NCBI GenBank assembly: GCA_963707025.1
Contig: CAVPOM010000004.1
Coordinates: forward strand, 480,001-544,000
Direction: 5' to 3'
Source of the DNA: an uncultured Verrucomicrobiae bacterium
GTDB lineage: Bacteria > Verrucomicrobiota > Verrucomicrobiia > Limisphaerales > Palsa-1400
DNA length: 64,000 nt
Numbering within the stretch: the stretch's first letter is position 1; each line of letters begins with the position of its first letter. Below are positions 39,923-49,078 of the stretch, one piece after another. The notes beneath the pieces are model-generated. The model was not told where the DNA came from. It did not search any database and was given only the letters and a program-made list of their open reading frames with translations. The position numbers were made by a program, and so were the translations under genes.

Positions 39923-42900
39923 ATGATTATGAAAACACGAATAAGCCGATGCCCGGGTATCCCGGCGGTTTTGCGGGCGTCAGCCACTTTGCTCGCCTCC
40001 GTCTTCGTTCTCGCCCGCGCCTACAGCCAGGAGACACTTTATAGTTTCACGGGCGCTCCGGGACAGTTCATTACATTGATGCTGGCAACAAACGGCGACT
40101 TTTATGGCACCACCAGCGCGGGCGGAACGGGCGGATACGGAACGGTGTTCACAATGACGACCAACGGGGATTTTACCACTTTGGTTTCATTCGCCAATAC
40201 CAACGGCAGTCTGCCCTCCAAAGGCGGGTTGATTCAGGCCAGCGACGGGAATTTCTACGGAACAACCTACAACGGCGGCAATCTGGCGCAGGGTGGCGGA
40301 TTAGGTCTTGGGACGGTGTTTAAAATGACGCCCGCCGGGGTGTTGACGAGGCTGCATGTATTCGGTGGCACCGACGGCGGACACCCCTCGGCCGCCTTGG
40401 TGCAAGCCAGCGACGGCAACTTCTACGGAACCACCTATTGGGGGGGCAATCTGGCGCATGGCGGCGGCTCCGGGCTTGGGGCGGTGTTCAAGATCACGCC
40501 TGCCGGCGTGTTCACGCCGTTATATGCGTTCAGCGGGACCGATGGAGGCCATCCCGACGCCGGATTGGTGCAAGGGAGCGACGGCACTTTCTACGGGACA
40601 ACCTACTACGGCGGCGATCTGGCGGCGCCGCTGGGCGGGGGCAACGGGCTGGGCACGGTGTTCTCGATCACGACCAACGGGCAATTTACACTAATGGTTG
40701 CGTTCAACGGCGACAATGGCGGGAATCCCGACGCCGGATTGGTGAAAGCGAGCGACGGCAATTTCTATGGGACAACCTATTGGGGCGGTGATCTGACGCT
40801 GAATGGCGGCTCTGGCCTTGGGAGCGCGTTTCAATTCACGCCGGACGGAGGGTTCACGCTGCTGGCAACCTTCAACGCCACCAATGGAGGCCACCCTTCC
40901 GCGGGGTTGGCCCAGGGGAACGACGGCAACTTCTACGGGACAACCTATTGGGGCGGCGATCTCACCGTGAACGGCGGCAATGGCTTTGGGTCGGTTTTCA
41001 AGATGACATCAGACGGGACAGTCACCACATTGGTTGCGTTTACGGGCGGCAATGGAGCTTATCCTTATTTTGGAGTGCTGCAGGCAAGCGATGGCAGCTT
41101 GTATGGCACAACTTCTCAAGGCGGGGCTGGAGGCGGGGGCACCATTTACCGGCTTGCCATTGGGCCGGCGCTGAACGTTTCGCAGCAACCGGGTAACCTT
41201 TCCGTCAGCCTGGGTGCCAATGCCCTCTTCCAAACTACTGCTCTGGGCAGTGATCCGTTAGCCTATCAATGGCGATTCAATGGGACCGCCATTATGGACG
41301 AGACGAATCCAGCCGTCACCATCTCCAATGTTCAACTGACAAATGCCGGAAGCTACACGGTCGTCGTGACGGACATTTCCGGCTCAGTCACCAGCCGGGT
41401 AGCGACATTGCAGGTGGATCCTGCCTTTACCAAGATCACCACGGGAGCCATCGTGACCAACGTGGGAACCGGCACAGCTTGTGCCTGGGGGGACTATGAC
41501 AATGACGGGTTCATAGATCTCATCGTCACCAGCGCCTATAGCACGGCAAATCATACCGCTCAAAGCAACCTCCTTTTTCACAATAACGGGGACGGCACGT
41601 TTACGCAGATTACAGGCACCGATGTGACGGTTGAGGCGCGGGACTGGCGCGGCTGCTCCTGGGTGGACTACGATAATGACGGCTTTCTTGACCTCTACAT
41701 TGTCAGCACCACGGACAACGGTTTCACCGCTGAGAATGAGCTTTTTCGGAATAACGGCGACGGCACGTTCACAAAAATGACTGCGGGCGTGGCAGGCGAT
41801 ATTGTCCCGGGCGGGGGCAGTTCCGAAGGACCCGTTTGGGCTGACTTCGACCGCGATGGCTTTGTTGACCTCTACATTGCCAGGTACGGCACCGGCTGGC
41901 TTTATCGTAACAATGGCGATGGAACTTTTGCGCAAGTGACCGACGGCGCCGTGGCCGACTATCAGGACAACCGGGGCAGCTACAACGCCGCCTGGGCTGA
42001 TTACGACAATGATGGCTGGCCGGACCTTTTCGTCACCTCCAAGAACGACACCTTTCAGAATGGAACCAATTATCTCTATCATAACGACGGGGCGGCGGGA
42101 TTCTCCCGGGTCCTCTCGGGTCCCGTCGTCACGGACAATGAGTATTCCGTTGGGTGTGCCTGGGGCGACTATGACAACGACGGCAATCTGGATTTATTCG
42201 TGGCCACTGGTCTGAACCACCTGGCCGGGTGCTCCCTCTACCATAATAACGGGGACGGCACGTTTAACAAGATGAGCAGTAACGAGGTCGGCAGCCTGGT
42301 CAGCGACCTGGCGCCCTTTGCGCAGTGCGCCTGGGGCGACTTCGACAACGACGGCTACCTCGACCTGTACGTAACGGTTCTGCTCACCACTGGCGTCAAT
42401 CGTCTCTATCACAACAACGGCGATGGTACCTTCACGCGCGTGACCACAGGGAGCCTCGTCAATGATGTCGGGCCATCGGTGGGATGCGCCTGGGGCGACT
42501 ACGACAATGACGGATTCCTTGACCTCTTTGTCGCCCGTGGAGGGGATACTCTGCCAACGGCCAATGTGCTGTATCGGAACAACGGGAACAGCAACGCCTG
42601 GCTGCGCATCAAATTGGTGGGAACGGTATCCAGCCGGTCCGCCATCGGGGCCAGGGTTCGGGCCAAGGCGTCCATTGGGGGGAAGACTTTCTGGCAGTTG
42701 CGTGAAATCAACACCGGCGACGGCTTTTGCGCCGGTCCGCTCGAAACCCACTTCGGCCTGGGCAACGCCACCAACATTGACACGCTGCGGATCGAATGGC
42801 CTTCCGGCGCCGTGCAGGAGTTTCCCAACGTCGCGCCAAGGCAAATCCTGACTATCACCGAACCGCCGCAGTTGCTGGCGGGCTTGAGCAATGGCGTCCC

Positions 42901-43078
42901 GCAATTCTCCATCAAAGGCGGACGCTTCATGCAATACGACCTCCAGGCCTCAACCGACCTGATGGCATGGTCGCCCCTCGGCACGGTGACGGTTACCAAT
43001 ATGAACGGCACGGTCCAGGTTGTTGATCCGGGCGCTTCCGGTTCGGATCACAGATTCTACAGGGCGGTGTCGCATTGA
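39923..43078 (+). CDS. Secreted GloVer-repeat / Ig / FG-GAP / ASPIC-UnbV multidomain protein
   Basis: DGNFYGTT..GG...G.VFK repeats; PLAYQWRFNG Ig domain; WGDYDNDG repeats; SAIGARV...HFGLG...IEWPSG; ends RFYRAVSH. Confidence 0.92.
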   Translation: MIMKTRISRCPGIPAVLRASATLLASVFVLARAYSQETLYSFTGAPGQFITLMLATNGDFYGTTSAGGTGGYGTVFTMTTNGDFTTLVSFANTNGSLPSKGGLIQASDGNFYGTTYNGGNLAQGGGLGLGTVFKMTPAGVLTRLHVFGGTDGGHPSAALVQASDGNFYGTTYWGGNLAHGGGSGLGAVFKITPAGVFTPLYAFSGTDGGHPDAGLVQGSDGTFYGTTYYGGDLAAPLGGGNGLGTVFSITTNGQFTLMVAFNGDNGGNPDAGLVKASDGNFYGTTYWGGDLTLNGGSGLGSAFQFTPDGGFTLLATFNATNGGHPSAGLAQGNDGNFYGTTYWGGDLTVNGGNGFGSVFKMTSDGTVTTLVAFTGGNGAYPYFGVLQASDGSLYGTTSQGGAGGGGTIYRLAIGPALNVSQQPGNLSVSLGANALFQTTALGSDPLAYQWRFNGTAIMDETNPAVTISNVQLTNAGSYTVVVTDISGSVTSRVATLQVDPAFTKITTGAIVTNVGTGTACAWGDYDNDGFIDLIVTSAYSTANHTAQSNLLFHNNGDGTFTQITGTDVTVEARDWRGCSWVDYDNDGFLDLYIVSTTDNGFTAENELFRNNGDGTFTKMTAGVAGDIVPGGGSSEGPVWADFDRDGFVDLYIARYGTGWLYRNNGDGTFAQVTDGAVADYQDNRGSYNAAWADYDNDGWPDLFVTSKNDTFQNGTNYLYHNDGAAGFSRVLSGPVVTDNEYSVGCAWGDYDNDGNLDLFVATGLNHLAGCSLYHNNGDGTFNKMSSNEVGSLVSDLAPFAQCAWGDFDNDGYLDLYVTVLLTTGVNRLYHNNGDGTFTRVTTGSLVNDVGPSVGCAWGDYDNDGFLDLFVARGGDTLPTANVLYRNNGNSNAWLRIKLVGTVSSRSAIGARVRAKASIGGKTFWQLREINTGDGFCAGPLETHFGLGNATNIDTLRIEWPSGAVQEFPNVAPRQILTITEPPQLLAGLSNGVPQFSIKGGRFMQYDLQASTDLMAWSPLGTVTVTNMNGTVQVVDPGASGSDHRFYRAVSH

Positions 43079-43139
43079 AGATTTTTCTTCCTGTGTGGGA
43101 AGAGAAAAGAACAGACCAAACAGAAACAAAAAACAAACA

Positions 43140-43733
43140 ATGATACCTATGAAAAGACTGAACATCTCATTCACTTCAAATCGGCTGATGCGAAAGCTCG
43201 CCACCTATCTGGCGGCCACCGCGACTGTCGCGATGGCCGGGCTGGCGGCTTCCGTCTGGCTGGGCCGTGCGGACGCCGCAGAACACCATGAGCAACGGGA
43301 CTCTGATAGACGGGCCGACGAATGGCTTTTAGCGACTTACGATGAGGCGCAGGTCGCCGAACTCAACCAGTTGTTGGCGGACTACCATGGAGCCCTCGCC
43401 TACGGTGGCAACATCACGGCGATGGCGAGCCTGTGGGCTGAGGACAGCACCCTTACGTTAAACAATGGCACCCCGTATGTTGGCAAAACCGCCGTGCTGG
43501 GCTTTTTCACCAGCAGCCCTTACTTTAGCCATAACTGGGTCTCCCTGGCGCCGGAGTGGAAAACCACGATCACGGTGCATGGCACTACGGCGGAAGCGAC
43601 CACGGAGTGCATTGCCACGGATCCGGTGGCCAACGTGATCAAGGGCGTCATCCAAGTCAATGTGATCGCTGAACAACGTCATGGCAAATGGGTCTTCATC
43701 TCCATGGATAATTTCACCGAGCCGCAAATCTGA
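43140..43733 (+). CDS. Exported SnoaL/NTF2-like protein; start uncertain
   Basis: Hydrophobic leader; LNQLLADYHGAL..GNITAMASLWAEDS, YVGKTAV, GKWVF. Confidence 0.7.
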   Translation: MIPMKRLNISFTSNRLMRKLATYLAATATVAMAGLAASVWLGRADAAEHHEQRDSDRRADEWLLATYDEAQVAELNQLLADYHGALAYGGNITAMASLWAEDSTLTLNNGTPYVGKTAVLGFFTSSPYFSHNWVSLAPEWKTTITVHGTTAEATTECIATDPVANVIKGVIQVNVIAEQRHGKWVFISMDNFTEPQI

Positions 43734-43768
43734 AAGACACGGGATGTCGGGGGTTCCTTCGAGAAACC

Positions 43769-43803
43769 GGGAGCCGCGCAGACAACTGGTGGCTCCCTTT
43801 TTT
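43769..43803 (+). terminator. Intrinsic terminator
   Basis: GGGAGCCGC...GTGGCTCCC-TTTTTT. Confidence 0.75.
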
Positions 43804-43938
43804 GTGGCAGCGGACTGCCGGTGTCAAGTGTCGTGGCTCGATGATTCCGGCGAAATCGCTGCCTGTCGTGCGCTCCGGCATGCGGTGGCGAACGAGCGGA
43901 GCTAGTTAACTCCTCGATTCATAAACATCACAAATTCT

Positions 43939-43967
43939 TGCAAGGATTCTCCCCTCGCATCGTTTAA
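43939..43967 (+). promoter_or_regulatory. Third ECF-type promoter
   Basis: TGCAAG-N16-CGTTTAA. Confidence 0.65.
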
Positions 43968-44033
43968 GCGCCAGGAGTTCATAAAGCGATTGTGAATTGA
44001 AAACCAACAAGAACTCAGACGAATCAGAAAACT

Positions 44034-44222
44034 ATGAAAGCAAAAATCAACTTGCTCGCCTGGGCGAGCGGCCGGACGGTCGTGGTGGAAGCCTGCACGA
44101 ATCTGGCCAATCCCGTGTGGTTTCCAGTCGCCACAAACACCCTCGCTGGCGATTCGATCTATTTCAGCGATCCGGAATCGTCAAATTATCCCGGCCGCTT
44201 TTACCGGCTCCGCCCGCAGTGA
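44034..44222 (+). CDS. 62-aa stand-alone ...RFYR C-terminal domain (possible internal-deletion remnant)
   Basis: [18 protein letters not shown].....YFSDP..SN...RFYR aligns with the C-terminus of 5965..7080. Confidence 0.65.
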   Translation: MKAKINLLAWASGRTVVVEACTNLANPVWFPVATNTLAGDSIYFSDPESSNYPGRFYRLRPQ

Positions 44223-44254
44223 AGCAAATTCAACCACGAGAAAGGAATGTTAAA

Positions 44255-45124
44255 ATGAAAACTGAAATGCTACACTTGAGAATGCATTGTATCGGCAAGC
44301 GAACAGATCTGCACGACGCATCTTTTTCTCCGCAAACGGCGGAGGGAGGCTGCGCCGCGTTCACGCTCACCGAACTGCTCGTCGTCATAGCCATCATCGC
44401 GATTTTGGCGGGGCTGCTGCTGCCCGTGTTGTCCAAGGCCAAAGCCAGCAGCCAATCCACGTTCTGCATCAATAATCTCAGACAACTTCAGCTCGCCTGG
44501 AATTCGTACGTGAATGATAACCGGGACTTTTTCCCGCCCAATATCTCGATGTCAATCCAGGGACACCCGGAAAGCGTCTCCAACTCTTGGGTGCTGGGCA
44601 ATGTCCAATACGACACCGACACGTCGAACATCGTTGCCGGCTGTCTCTACCCCCGGGTCAACGCGACCCGCACCTTTTGCTGTCCGTCGGACAAGGCGAC
44701 GACCATCGGAACAACCAAAGTTCCGCACACGCGTTCTTACAGCGCCGACGCCTGGCTGGGGTCCGTTTTCCAGGTGTACGGTGTTTTTGAGCCGGACCCG
44801 GCCACCCACCCCCCTGGTTACACTTTCAAAACCAAGGCTACGTTCGTCACAACACCCGGCCCAGCGGAGGTCATCGTTTTCATTGACGACAACGAGCGGA
44901 CGATAGACGACGGCAACTTCGTGGTCGGGAGGATAAGCTGGTTTGACTATCCTGCCGACCGGCATAATCAGGGAGCCAACCTGTCGTTCCTCGACGGCCA
45001 TGTAGAGCACAAGCGCTGGGCGGCGCCAAAAACCGTCCACTTCTGGGCCTACGGCGCCGACCCGCAAGTCACCGGAGACGAGGCCGATCACGCCTGGCTG
45101 GTGGCGCGGTTTCCAACCAAATAG
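44255..45124 (+). CDS. Prepilin-type N-terminal cleavage/methylation protein with H-X9-DG domain
   Basis: [52 protein letters not shown] upstream. Confidence 0.92.
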   Translation: MKTEMLHLRMHCIGKRTDLHDASFSPQTAEGGCAAFTLTELLVVIAIIAILAGLLLPVLSKAKASSQSTFCINNLRQLQLAWNSYVNDNRDFFPPNISMSIQGHPESVSNSWVLGNVQYDTDTSNIVAGCLYPRVNATRTFCCPSDKATTIGTTKVPHTRSYSADAWLGSVFQVYGVFEPDPATHPPGYTFKTKATFVTTPGPAEVIVFIDDNERTIDDGNFVVGRISWFDYPADRHNQGANLSFLDGHVEHKRWAAPKTVHFWAYGADPQVTGDEADHAWLVARFPTK

Positions 45125-45134
45125 AGGTGGCTTT

Positions 45135-47180
45135 TCATTTCCCGCCGGACCGCATCATCCTCGTGAATCCGATTTTCTGGAGGATGCCTTTGAAGCGCGG
45201 ATTGTCGCGCGGGCCGTCCCAGCATTCGTCAAAAAGCAGAGATGTCAAGGGGGTTTCGAAGCCGTCATCACGCTCATGCGTCTGATAGGATTTTTCGAGC
45301 CAGGACAGGGCTGAGTTGGTGTCGCCCAGGTGTATCTGCACAACCGCCTTCCAGTAGAAACCCAGATTCGGATTGTTCTCCGCCAAGCGCCATTCCTCCT
45401 GCCAATAGGCGCGCGCCCCGCCCAAGTTGTAAGCGCGGAGCAGATGGTCGAAGCGGTTGCTGACCGACGATGGGTTCTTCGTGTACAAAAGCGTGCTGGC
45501 TTTGAAATTCTCAATGGCGTTGGTATAGTCACCCTGCGCCAGATAGGCGCGCCCTAGGTAATTGTAGGCAATCCCATGATGAGGATCCCACTGCAACGTT
45601 TTTCGATACCACTTGATCGCGTTGGTAAAGTCGCGATCGGCATAGTAGGTGTGCGCCATGGCCCGGTAAATAGTGGCCTTCGACGGGAGAATATCCTGGC
45701 TGCATTTTAGCTGGCCGCGCGCTTTCTCCGTGCGGCCCCACAACGTCAGCATGAAGGCATACCACGTATGCGCGAGCTCGTAACTCGTGTCCGCCTTAAT
45801 CGCCTTTAAAGACGAGTCTTCCGCCAGCGGGAAATCCCAATCGTTGAATTCGAGGATGGAGGCGGCGCAATGGGCCGCCGCCGATTCGGGCGCCAGTTGG
45901 TTCAAGGCCTGGGCGATTTCCCGCAACTCGCGCTCCGTCATGGGGATGACATTCGGCGAATGTTCCCGCACCTTCAGTTCGAGCAAACCCGCGTAGGGCC
46001 GCGCGTACCGGGGGTCCAGTTTGATCGCGCGGACGAAATTCGTATATGCCTCCGCATACCGTTCATACGTGTCCCCGCGAATGATCAGCATTCCCCTGGC
46101 GCACAAGGCCGTTGCCATGTCGTTGGTTGAAGGCCCTCCGTCGGACCTTTCAGACCGTGCCACGAAGCTGTGTGAGACGCCGACAAAAGCTCCCGCCAGC
46201 AGCGCCACCACGGCCATGACCACACCCGCCTTCCTGGCCAAGACCCGGCGCTGTTGTAAAATCCTTCGGCGTTTGACTGAGTGACCCTGTTGCAACCGTT
46301 CCAAATCCGCAAGCATGTCCTCCACCTTGCCGTAGCGCGCGTGGGCATCCGTCGCGCAAGCGCGCAGCACGATTTCGTTCAATTCAAAAGCCGGTTTTGC
46401 GTCCGGCCAGGCGCCGATGTCTCGCGGCAACTTGGGATATTCCCGTCGGTCCAGACCCGTGACCGCCTCATAAACAACCCGGCCAAGGGCAAAGATATCC
46501 GCTTGCGGCGTGCCCGGTCCTTCCGGCGGCAGATACCCTTCGGTGCCGACAATCGAACGATTGTCGCTCATGTCCGTGACGAGGCCAATGTCCGCCAACT
46601 TCGGGCGGCCATTCACAAAAATAACATTCGAGGGTTTGACGTCGCGATGAACGAGGCCGTTGCGATGCAGGTGTCCGAGCGCCTGTGTCAGGACCGTGGC
46701 AATTTCCAACGCCTTTGCCGCCGGCACCCGACCCTGGCCCAGTTCCGCCCGGAGAGTGCGGGGAACGTAGGACTCAACGTTTTGGCCTCCATGCACGTCA
46801 TCCGCCAATTCCATCACGTAATAGAAATAGCCCGCTGCCTCATTGCGGCCAATATGGAAGAGCGCCAACTGGCTGGGATGCTCGCGGGAGATTTTCTCAA
46901 AACGTTGAATGCCCTCAAACTCGCGTTGATAAGGACGTTCGTCGTCAAAGGACCGCCGCGAAACAATTTTGGCCGCGCGCAGGACGCCGGTGGCTTTGCT
47001 GCGCGCCAGCCATACTTCGCCATACGCGCCGCCGCTGATGCGCCGGAGCAATTCGTAATCGGGAATCAGTGGCTGATCGGCCGGACCGGCCTTCCCGTCC
47101 CGCCTCACCGACGGCTGTCCCTGCACAGAGCCCGATTCGTCGGCACGCTCGTTGTTTCCAGTTATGCCTTGCTGATTCAT
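45135..47180 (-). CDS. Membrane Ser/Thr protein kinase with C-terminal TPRs
   Basis: GGAYGEVW, AAK, HRDVKPSN, DIGL, GYLPPE, DIFALG; TM segment; TPRs. Confidence 0.95.
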   Translation of the reverse strand: MNQQGITGNNERADESGSVQGQPSVRRDGKAGPADQPLIPDYELLRRISGGAYGEVWLARSKATGVLRAAKIVSRRSFDDERPYQREFEGIQRFEKISREHPSQLALFHIGRNEAAGYFYYVMELADDVHGGQNVESYVPRTLRAELGQGRVPAAKALEIATVLTQALGHLHRNGLVHRDVKPSNVIFVNGRPKLADIGLVTDMSDNRSIVGTEGYLPPEGPGTPQADIFALGRVVYEAVTGLDRREYPKLPRDIGAWPDAKPAFELNEIVLRACATDAHARYGKVEDMLADLERLQQGHSVKRRRILQQRRVLARKAGVVMAVVALLAGAFVGVSHSFVARSERSDGGPSTNDMATALCARGMLIIRGDTYERYAEAYTNFVRAIKLDPRYARPYAGLLELKVREHSPNVIPMTERELREIAQALNQLAPESAAAHCAASILEFNDWDFPLAEDSSLKAIKADTSYELAHTWYAFMLTLWGRTEKARGQLKCSQDILPSKATIYRAMAHTYYADRDFTNAIKWYRKTLQWDPHHGIAYNYLGRAYLAQGDYTNAIENFKASTLLYTKNPSSVSNRFDHLLRAYNLGGARAYWQEEWRLAENNPNLGFYWKAVVQIHLGDTNSALSWLEKSYQTHERDDGFETPLTSLLFDECWDGPRDNPRFKGILQKIGFTRMMRSGGK

Positions 47181-47359
47181 GAGCGAACGCGGAAATATGG
47201 CACCCCTGTTGCCTCATTGCGAGATTTAGATGGACGAAGAATTCGTAGGAAGCTGGCGGCTTGCCGAAATGCGAAAGGGAATTGGAGTGTTGACAGTGCT
47301 CGCAGACCGCCAAACAACCCTCACTTTACTGCACTCTTACTGCACTCATTCGTAACTGC

Positions 47360-47400
47360 TTGATAATCAATGGAGCGGGTGAAGCGAATCGAACCCTCGT
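47360..47400 (-). repeat. att-like 41-bp direct repeat, copy 2 (degenerate tRNA-Gly remnant)
   Basis: Identical to 38834-38874; the flank 47401-47417 weakly resembles an anticodon arm. Confidence 0.9.
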
Positions 47401-47501
47401 CTCAAGGTGTGGGGCCACTCTTTGAATAGGCAAGCATGTCCGATGAACCCTTTCGATTGAATTCGCTGGTTTTTGGCGTCCACACATAGTATCAGCACTC
47501 C

Positions 47502-48788
47502 ATGAAACTCATCCCTCTCGCGCTGCTGACCCCGATGATCACGTTGGCCAGCGATTTCCCTGCGCCTTCGTCCTTGCCCGTCGTGTCCACGCTGCCAGAT
47601 CCGCTCGTGGCGCGCGATGGCACCGTGATCAAGACGCGCGAGCAATGGGAGAACATGCGTCGGCCCGAGCTGCGCGCGCTGTTTGAGCACTATATGTATG
47701 GCCAGCAGCCGGCGAAGCCGGCTGGGACAGGTGTCAAGCTGCGGGTCGAGGACAAGGCTGCCTTGGGCGGTGCGGCGACCCTGCGGGAATTTGATGTGGA
47801 ACTCGGGCTGGAAAGACCGGCGCGCTTGCTGGTGGTGACGCCCAATGGGAAGTCCGCGCCGGCGCCCTGTTTCCTCGGACTAAACTTTGGCGGCAATCAC
47901 CAGTTACTCGACCACCCCGGCATTGCCGTGCCAGAGACTTTGGTGCAGCGCGGAGACGGTACTGGGGGCGTTGGGGCTGCGGGTCAGGATCGGGGCAAGG
48001 AAACCGACGTTTGGAACATCGCCCAATCCATCCAGCGCGGTTACGCAGTCGCCAGCTTTTTCCAGGGCGACGTGGTGCCGGATGATCCGGCGAGCGCCGA
48101 ACCTATCCTCCGCCGGCTCAGCGGCAGCCCGGCGACGGAGCGCGGCCCGGCCGACACGGCCACGATCATGGCGTGGGCCTGGGGTTTCTCGCGGATGCTC
48201 GATGCGCTGGAAACGCTGCCGGAGATTGATGCCAGGCGCGTCGCCACCGTCGGCCACTCCCGTAATGGCAAGACCGCCCTCCTCGCGGCCGCTTTCGACG
48301 AACGCTTTGCCCTGGCGATTGCCAGTCAGGCCGGCTGCGGCGGCAGCGCGCCTTCCCGGGTGGCACCCGAGTTGGCGAAACCCAATGCCCAAGGCCGACC
48401 AATCGTGGAAACGCTGGCCATGATTAACAAGAACTTTCCGCACTGGTTTGCGGGGAACTTCAAAGCCTTCAATGACCAGCCGGCCCGATTGCCTTTTGAC
48501 CAGCACTGCCTGATTGCCCTGTGCGCGCCGCGGCCGGTCCTGCTCTCCTGCGCCAGTGAAGACCTTTGGGCAAATCCCGCCGGTCAATTCGAGATGCTCC
48601 GGGCGGCCGATCCGGTCTATCGCCTGGTGGCAGGCGACGGCCTGGGCGCACGGGAAAAGCCGGAAATCGGCAAGTTGTTGCCCAGCCGGCTCGGTTACTT
48701 CATTCGAGAAGGCAAACACTCCATGAACGGGGTGGATTGGGCGGCTTGGCTGGACTACGCGGACCTCTGGTTGCGCGCGAAGCGGTGA
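47502..48788 (+). CDS. CE15 glucuronoyl esterase-like alpha/beta hydrolase
   Basis: LPDPL, AWAWGFSR, GHSRNGK (GxSRxGK), LPFDQH, DLWANP. Confidence 0.88.
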   Translation: MKLIPLALLTPMITLASDFPAPSSLPVVSTLPDPLVARDGTVIKTREQWENMRRPELRALFEHYMYGQQPAKPAGTGVKLRVEDKAALGGAATLREFDVELGLERPARLLVVTPNGKSAPAPCFLGLNFGGNHQLLDHPGIAVPETLVQRGDGTGGVGAAGQDRGKETDVWNIAQSIQRGYAVASFFQGDVVPDDPASAEPILRRLSGSPATERGPADTATIMAWAWGFSRMLDALETLPEIDARRVATVGHSRNGKTALLAAAFDERFALAIASQAGCGGSAPSRVAPELAKPNAQGRPIVETLAMINKNFPHWFAGNFKAFNDQPARLPFDQHCLIALCAPRPVLLSCASEDLWANPAGQFEMLRAADPVYRLVAGDGLGAREKPEIGKLLPSRLGYFIREGKHSMNGVDWAAWLDYADLWLRAKR

Positions 48789-48850
48789 TGGTTGTGGGCC
48801 GCGGCGAGGACAGGATGCAATCTGGGCAGTTGACAGTGAAGCAGGTCTTT

Positions 48851-48984
48851 TAGGGCGGTTTACGAAATTTATATCCCTAAATGAGAATGGCAGGGCGCGC
48901 ACTCCGTGCGGGCCGCAGCGGGCAATCCCGGCCTGCCGGGACCCTGCGGCGTAATGCGGCTACAGTATTTGTGAAACCGCTTTA
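48851..48984 (+). repeat. Dispersed repeat family B, copy 2 (MITE-like)
   Basis: Imperfect terminal inverted repeats TAGGGCGGTTTACGAAAT / ATTTGTGAAACCGCTTTA (13/18). Confidence 0.8.
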
Positions 48985-49078
48985 GCCGGAATGGCCCGGG
49001 CCTTGGAAGAACAACGCCATCAACTGGCATTTCTCCGCCCTGTTCACTTCACGCCAGGTCCAGACAAACAGCGAGGTC

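Larger units (their letters stand above)
38834..47400. mobile_element. Putative 8.5-kb genomic island without integrase
   Basis: Bounded by identical tRNA-3'-end direct repeats with AT-rich margins; cargo forms a coherent regulatory module. Confidence 0.65.

Noticed and set aside
47360..47445. Functional tRNA-Gly (also 38845-38920)
   Set aside because: Only the T-arm and acceptor 3' half are present, with a T-stem mismatch; no D-arm or matching 5' acceptor strand.
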